Shown here: positions 59,900-64,000 of the stretch, piece by piece
Position numbering within the stretch: position 1 is the stretch's first letter
Layout of the letters: each line of letters begins with the position of its first letter
Source: Lophium mytilinum
Taxonomy: Eukaryota
Direction: 5' to 3'
NCBI GenBank assembly: GCA_010093605.1
Contig: MU004190.1
Span: forward strand, 1,571,599 to 1,635,598
DNA length: 64,000 nucleotides
Program-made: the position numbers and the translations under genes
The notes under the pieces: generated by a model
Databases searched by the model: none
Told to the model about the DNA's origin: nothing
What the model saw: only the letters and a program-made list of their open reading frames with translations

Positions 59900-60314
59900 G
59901 TTCGTGATAATTTGAAACGTCAGATAGGTGAGTAAGCTTCAGTTGCACTTAGCAGCGAGATGTTGATGAGTGAGGTGGAAGATAGGGTCAGAGACGAGAA
60001 CAACAAACGCGTCTAACGCGTTCGCGGGTCGGATGAACTTGAACTCCGTGGAGAGGACTTGCGAGGAGATTGATGTTGTGTTGCAGTCCTTTCACTGCCC
60101 CGCGCACGCTACGTAGTTATTTTTATTACTTGAGATCGACGGTATGATCGGAGATTTGGAAGCAAGAGTAGGCTGTTTAGAGCGGTAAATAACCAGTATG
60201 ATAGAATATATTGCGAGAATAGCAGAGTTGCTAGCGATAAGTGGGGGTAGGATGTAGTATGTGTATACTATTAAGTAGATTTCAAAAAAAAAAAGAAAAA
60301 ATAGGTCGCTCCCG

Positions 60315-60325
60315 CGGTTCGAACC
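60315..60325 (-). promoter_or_regulatory. Pol III B-box downstream of ncRNA copy C
   Basis: GGTTCGAACCG on the minus strand, about 20-27 nt past the T-runs. Confidence 0.7.
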
Positions 60326-60344
60326 CAGACCTCCCAGGAGGAAC

Positions 60345-60559
60345 AAAAAACAAAAGAAATTGGTTACCAAGGTGCGGTTTGGAATAGCGTGAGCTCTAAC
60401 ACCCCGAGCACATTGCTATGATTGGGAGTGCTATGTCATCGCCCGGCACGGCGTCTAGGATCCTTTGTGATGTGCGGTTTGGTGTAGCGTGAGCTCTAAC
60501 CAACTGAGCAATTGCTGTAGTTGGCTATGTCAGCGCCCGGCACGGATCCCAATTTCTTT
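60345..60559 (-). ncRNA. Candidate Pol III structured ncRNA, copy C (hairpins 60472-60543 and 60372-60449)
   Basis: Reverse complement of the same motif twice; 11-bp terminal stem aaagaaattgg/ccaatttcttt; T4 and T6 runs; TATAAATA at 60582-60589; CACGTG at 60616-60621. Confidence 0.75.
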
Positions 60560-61420
60560 GGAACCTGCCAAAATATTTTGGTATTTATACGCCAAAAAGT
60601 CGCTTAGCTCACTTTCACGTGGCAGCCACCCGATATTTCTCCACCACCATCTTTCACCCGCAATCCTCCTTCATCTCCTTTCGACAGCTGCCTGACTAGC
60701 TAATGTAGACCTTGCCAGCGCTTTGTTACCACGCTTCTAACTCTCTCTGTTACTTGTCACTAACAACCAAGTCCTCACGTCTCCACACCCCAGACAGTCA
60801 ACACGTTACCTCATGACTCCTCTATTCGGGCGAGAGGGCTTTTCGCAGTCCTTACCTTTTGGCATTTACGGCAGTCGCCTTACAACCTGTGTGCCACAAG
60901 TGCCAAGTGCAACAGGGTCAAAGCCCGTCCTGACTCCTCTACAGCGAATCCCAATTCGGCGAATGGTTAGTTCCCGACCACGGACTCAATCTATCTACCA
61001 AGGACCTCCTATGGATCTTACTTTGCCTCCACATCACTGAACCTCGTGTCTGGGAATACACTGCCGCATGGTTGCGGTAGTTCTTGGTATTTGATTCGGT
61101 ATATTGAGGACGCAGAAATGGGAGGATGGGGATGCGCGGTCAACAAACGGAGGCGAGAAAGACGAGTGGGAATTGGAAGTTACTGAATATACCACCGTTC
61201 CTATCCTGTTCTTGCGACCTAGACACCACTGTAAGAGATATCCTAGCTACAACGTCTTCACTTAGTCAAAATGTAGTCTCATATCCACTTCGTCGAGTTT
61301 TCCATCTTATCTAGGGCCTTCGAAACCTATCGCATTAGCCTATGCAGTGGCAGAGAGTGCGCTATCTTAAGGCTTGGTAATATACATTCTCCACTACACC
61401 CATCTTTCGTCGTCCTTCAC

Positions 61421-62934
61421 TCACAAAACCCCCATCAATCCCGCCACCAACCCCACAGCACCCACGAGGCTCCAACCCACCTCCAAATGCCCCGCCACCC
61501 CCGTCCCCGTCGCACTCGGCGCCGCCGTCCCACTCGCGCTCCCAGTAACCGTCCCCGACGGCGTCGCCGTATTATTATTATTCCCACCCACCGTCAAATT
61601 CCCATTCGTCTCCTTCACCAACAACCCCTGCACCACCCCCAGCGCACTCAAGAGCTCTCCCAGCCCCCCTGAATCCCCGACGCTGCTACTCTCCTTATAC
61701 CAATGATCGCTACAAACCACGGAACTCCCATTGGACGCCTGATTGCTCGTCTCGCAATGCGCCGCCGCCGCTTTCGCGGACGTCTCGAGAAGACTCATAA
61801 GCTTATCCGCCGTGAACGGTGCGGCGAGGGTTGCGCGGGAGATGCTAGAGGCGAACCCGCCCTTGAACTCCAGCTGGTCGGTGTCGCACCGCGCGCTAGG
61901 CTCACAGGCCGGCTCGTTAAGAATACCCGGAGCGCTGGGTTGGGATGCGAAGCGGTCGGTGGCGTTGACGAAGCCGGAGACGCGGGCTTTCCACAGCGGG
62001 GATGCGTTGGTGAGGTTGTACATGACCGCCGAGCCGTAGAGATATGCGCCGAAGACATTGGTCCACTCAATGTGGTTGGTAGAGGAGCAGTTCTCCGTGG
62101 CGTCCGCGCCGTCGTAGACGTGGTAGTCGTCGGTCAGCAGGCCGGCGGACTGGGTCCAGTTGTAGGCTTTCTCGGCCCAGGTGGCGTAGGTGGCGTTGCC
62201 GGTGAACTGGGCGAGGCGGGCGGCGAGGAGGAAGAAGTTGCCGTTGGTGAGGGTGTTTTTGTAGTTGTAGCCGTTGTTGAAAGTGAAGATTTGCCAGCGG
62301 AGACCGCCGCCGCAGGTGGAGGTGTCCCAGCGGGCGGCCTGCAGGTTGAAGACGTTGATGGAGATGTTGAGCCATTGGGATGATGGATTAGGATTGGGGA
62401 AGTTCATCTCGGCGGCGGAGAGGGTGGCGAGCCCCCACGTGGACTGGTCATCGTTGCCCTGTAGTCATATTTAGTACTCGTGGGCTATATGACTGCAAGT
62501 CTTCGCAGTAAGATGAATTGGCATATACCAAAGACTTGGTCTGGTTGGGCGTCATGTAATCGTCGTTCGGCCCTCTTTGGAATTGGAGAGCTTGCCCTAT
62601 GAGGTCGCTGTACTGCTTGTCGGCAGTCAAGGTCTGGTACTGCACCATGGCGTCCCAGGCAGCTCCCGCCTCCCACCAGTAGTAGGGTTTACTGAACAGG
62701 CCGGGCGGGCCATTGTTAGACGTGGCCTCATTGTAGGTCTGAATTATGCCTCCGGCGAGAGTCTTGGCAACATCCTTGATGGAATCTGGGGATGTTAGAA
62801 ATGCGGGGGGGGCCGGTAAACTTGTCAAAAGGAAAAAAGAGTTTACCGGCACTGTCGGTTGAGAGGCTAATGGCATTTGCTGACAGAGCGAACGCCGAAA
62901 AAGCGAGTGGAAGGGATTGCGTAGAGAAATGCAT
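61421..62934 (-). CDS. GH76 Dfg5/Dcw1-family mannan endo-1,6-alpha-mannosidase, probably GPI-anchored (two introns)
   Basis: Signal peptide, PYYWWEAGAAW, GNDDQSTWGL, CGGGLRWQIFTFNNGYNYKN, VYDGA and a hydrophobic C-terminus. Confidence 0.92.
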
Positions 62935-63656
62935 GTTGAACGAGTGGCGTCAATAATCGACGATGTTGAAGAGGGCGAGCGAGTTTGTTAAGTAATGATT
63001 TGGAAACAAATTAACCCGGAGAGCGGCGAGGCGAGGCGCATCCCGTCATCACTAAGATATGCTGGGACTAAGTAATGAAATACGAGAACTTAGGGGGGCG
63101 AAGCCCTTGCCTAGCCTGGAGCTTGGCTACTCAGGGGTAAAGTAAACTACTGTGGGTGTTACCAAGGAATTGCCAAGGATGAAGTTCTCCACCCTCAGCA
63201 GGTACTCATGATGAGAGAGGGTAAAGGAGGTTATAATATCATGTGTGCAAGAATCATCTCGCGTGGGTACGTTTTGCGGGGAAAAAAGCGGCTGTGGCTG
63301 TGGCGTTGATATCCAAGTCTATTTTTAGTGTCCGGAAGTGCGAGACGGGCCGATGATTTAGGCATCAGCCTCAGCCTTGCCAAGGATTGGACCACCACCA
63401 CCTGCATCCTCCACCCATCCTCACCCATCCTCACCCATCATGTAGCTGTCTTGCGCCTCTTTAGAACCATCGAATATCGAGCGGGAGTGACCTTTTCTCC
63501 TGCCCCCTCTACTCCCAATTCAGGAGCTGTGCCACTTCTTTCGACAATCCTGCTATCATAGCCGTGGACCGGTAATCTCGCCGCTAAAGAAATACCCGAC
63601 CTAGCACACGCCGAAGTAAACACACTCTAAAAAGACATTCAAGCGGTACACATGCG

Positions 63657-64000
63657 ATGCCTTCCGACAAAGATCTCTGCATCAATTGCAAAGCAATAAA
63701 CGTCGAGACTTTATCCGCTCCGGGAGGGTTTTGGGTGCGACGAGCAGATCTCCACCGTCAATGCTGCCTCTGCGCTTTCATTGAGAATAAGGTATTTAGA
63801 TTTGATAGAGGAGTGAAAGAGATTGCCCTTCGTTTGAAGTCTCATTTTGATGGGGCGGTCATGTTAGAGATGGGCGGGACCGAGTTCAACATTGGCACGT
63901 TAGAAGGTAAGGTTTCTCACATTTTCAGACCATAGCCATCAATTTGTACACATTCTACACCACTACGTGTGGTACTTGGGGTATTTCTAGATTTTGCAGG
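63657..64000 (+). CDS. 5' exon of a probable HET-domain (heterokaryon incompatibility) protein, truncated by the window edge
   Basis: LCINCKAINVETL...CCLCAFI Cys pattern typical of N-termini preceding HET domains; donor gtaagg near 63907. The HET domain itself is not visible. Confidence 0.45.

Overview
Eukaryotic genomic DNA from a filamentous ascomycete (short GT-AG introns with CTAAC-type branch points; Pezizomycotina-like gene set). Positions 1-25 kb carry mostly conserved housekeeping genes: an Ind1/NUBPL-type Fe-S ATPase, a GPI wall protein, Tco89-like, BSD-domain, Ran-binding, SUP35, CWC16/CCDC130-like and an alpha/beta hydrolase. TRM7/MAK5, a GNAT, a SIS-domain isomerase, a GH76 and a probable HET gene lie further on. 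Between them are accessory islands (about 25.3-36, 40-42.6 and 49.3-60.7 kb) of small spliced orphan coiled-coil genes and about a dozen decayed copies of a TA|CAGT...ACTG|TA MITE. The standout signal is a three-copy, roughly 190-210 nt structured non-coding RNA candidate at ~28948-29147 (+), ~52210-52416 (+) and ~60345-60559 (-). Each copy has two tandem copies of one conserved bulged hairpin motif with variable loops, closed by a terminal stem whose sequence differs at each locus but still pairs. Each also has a TATA-like box ~30 nt upstream, a T-run at the 3' end and a perfect Pol III B-box downstream of the T-run, a U6/SNR6-like promoter layout. I do not recognise this RNA as a known family; that needs an Rfam/Infernal check. 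All coordinates were counted by eye and may be off by a few bases.
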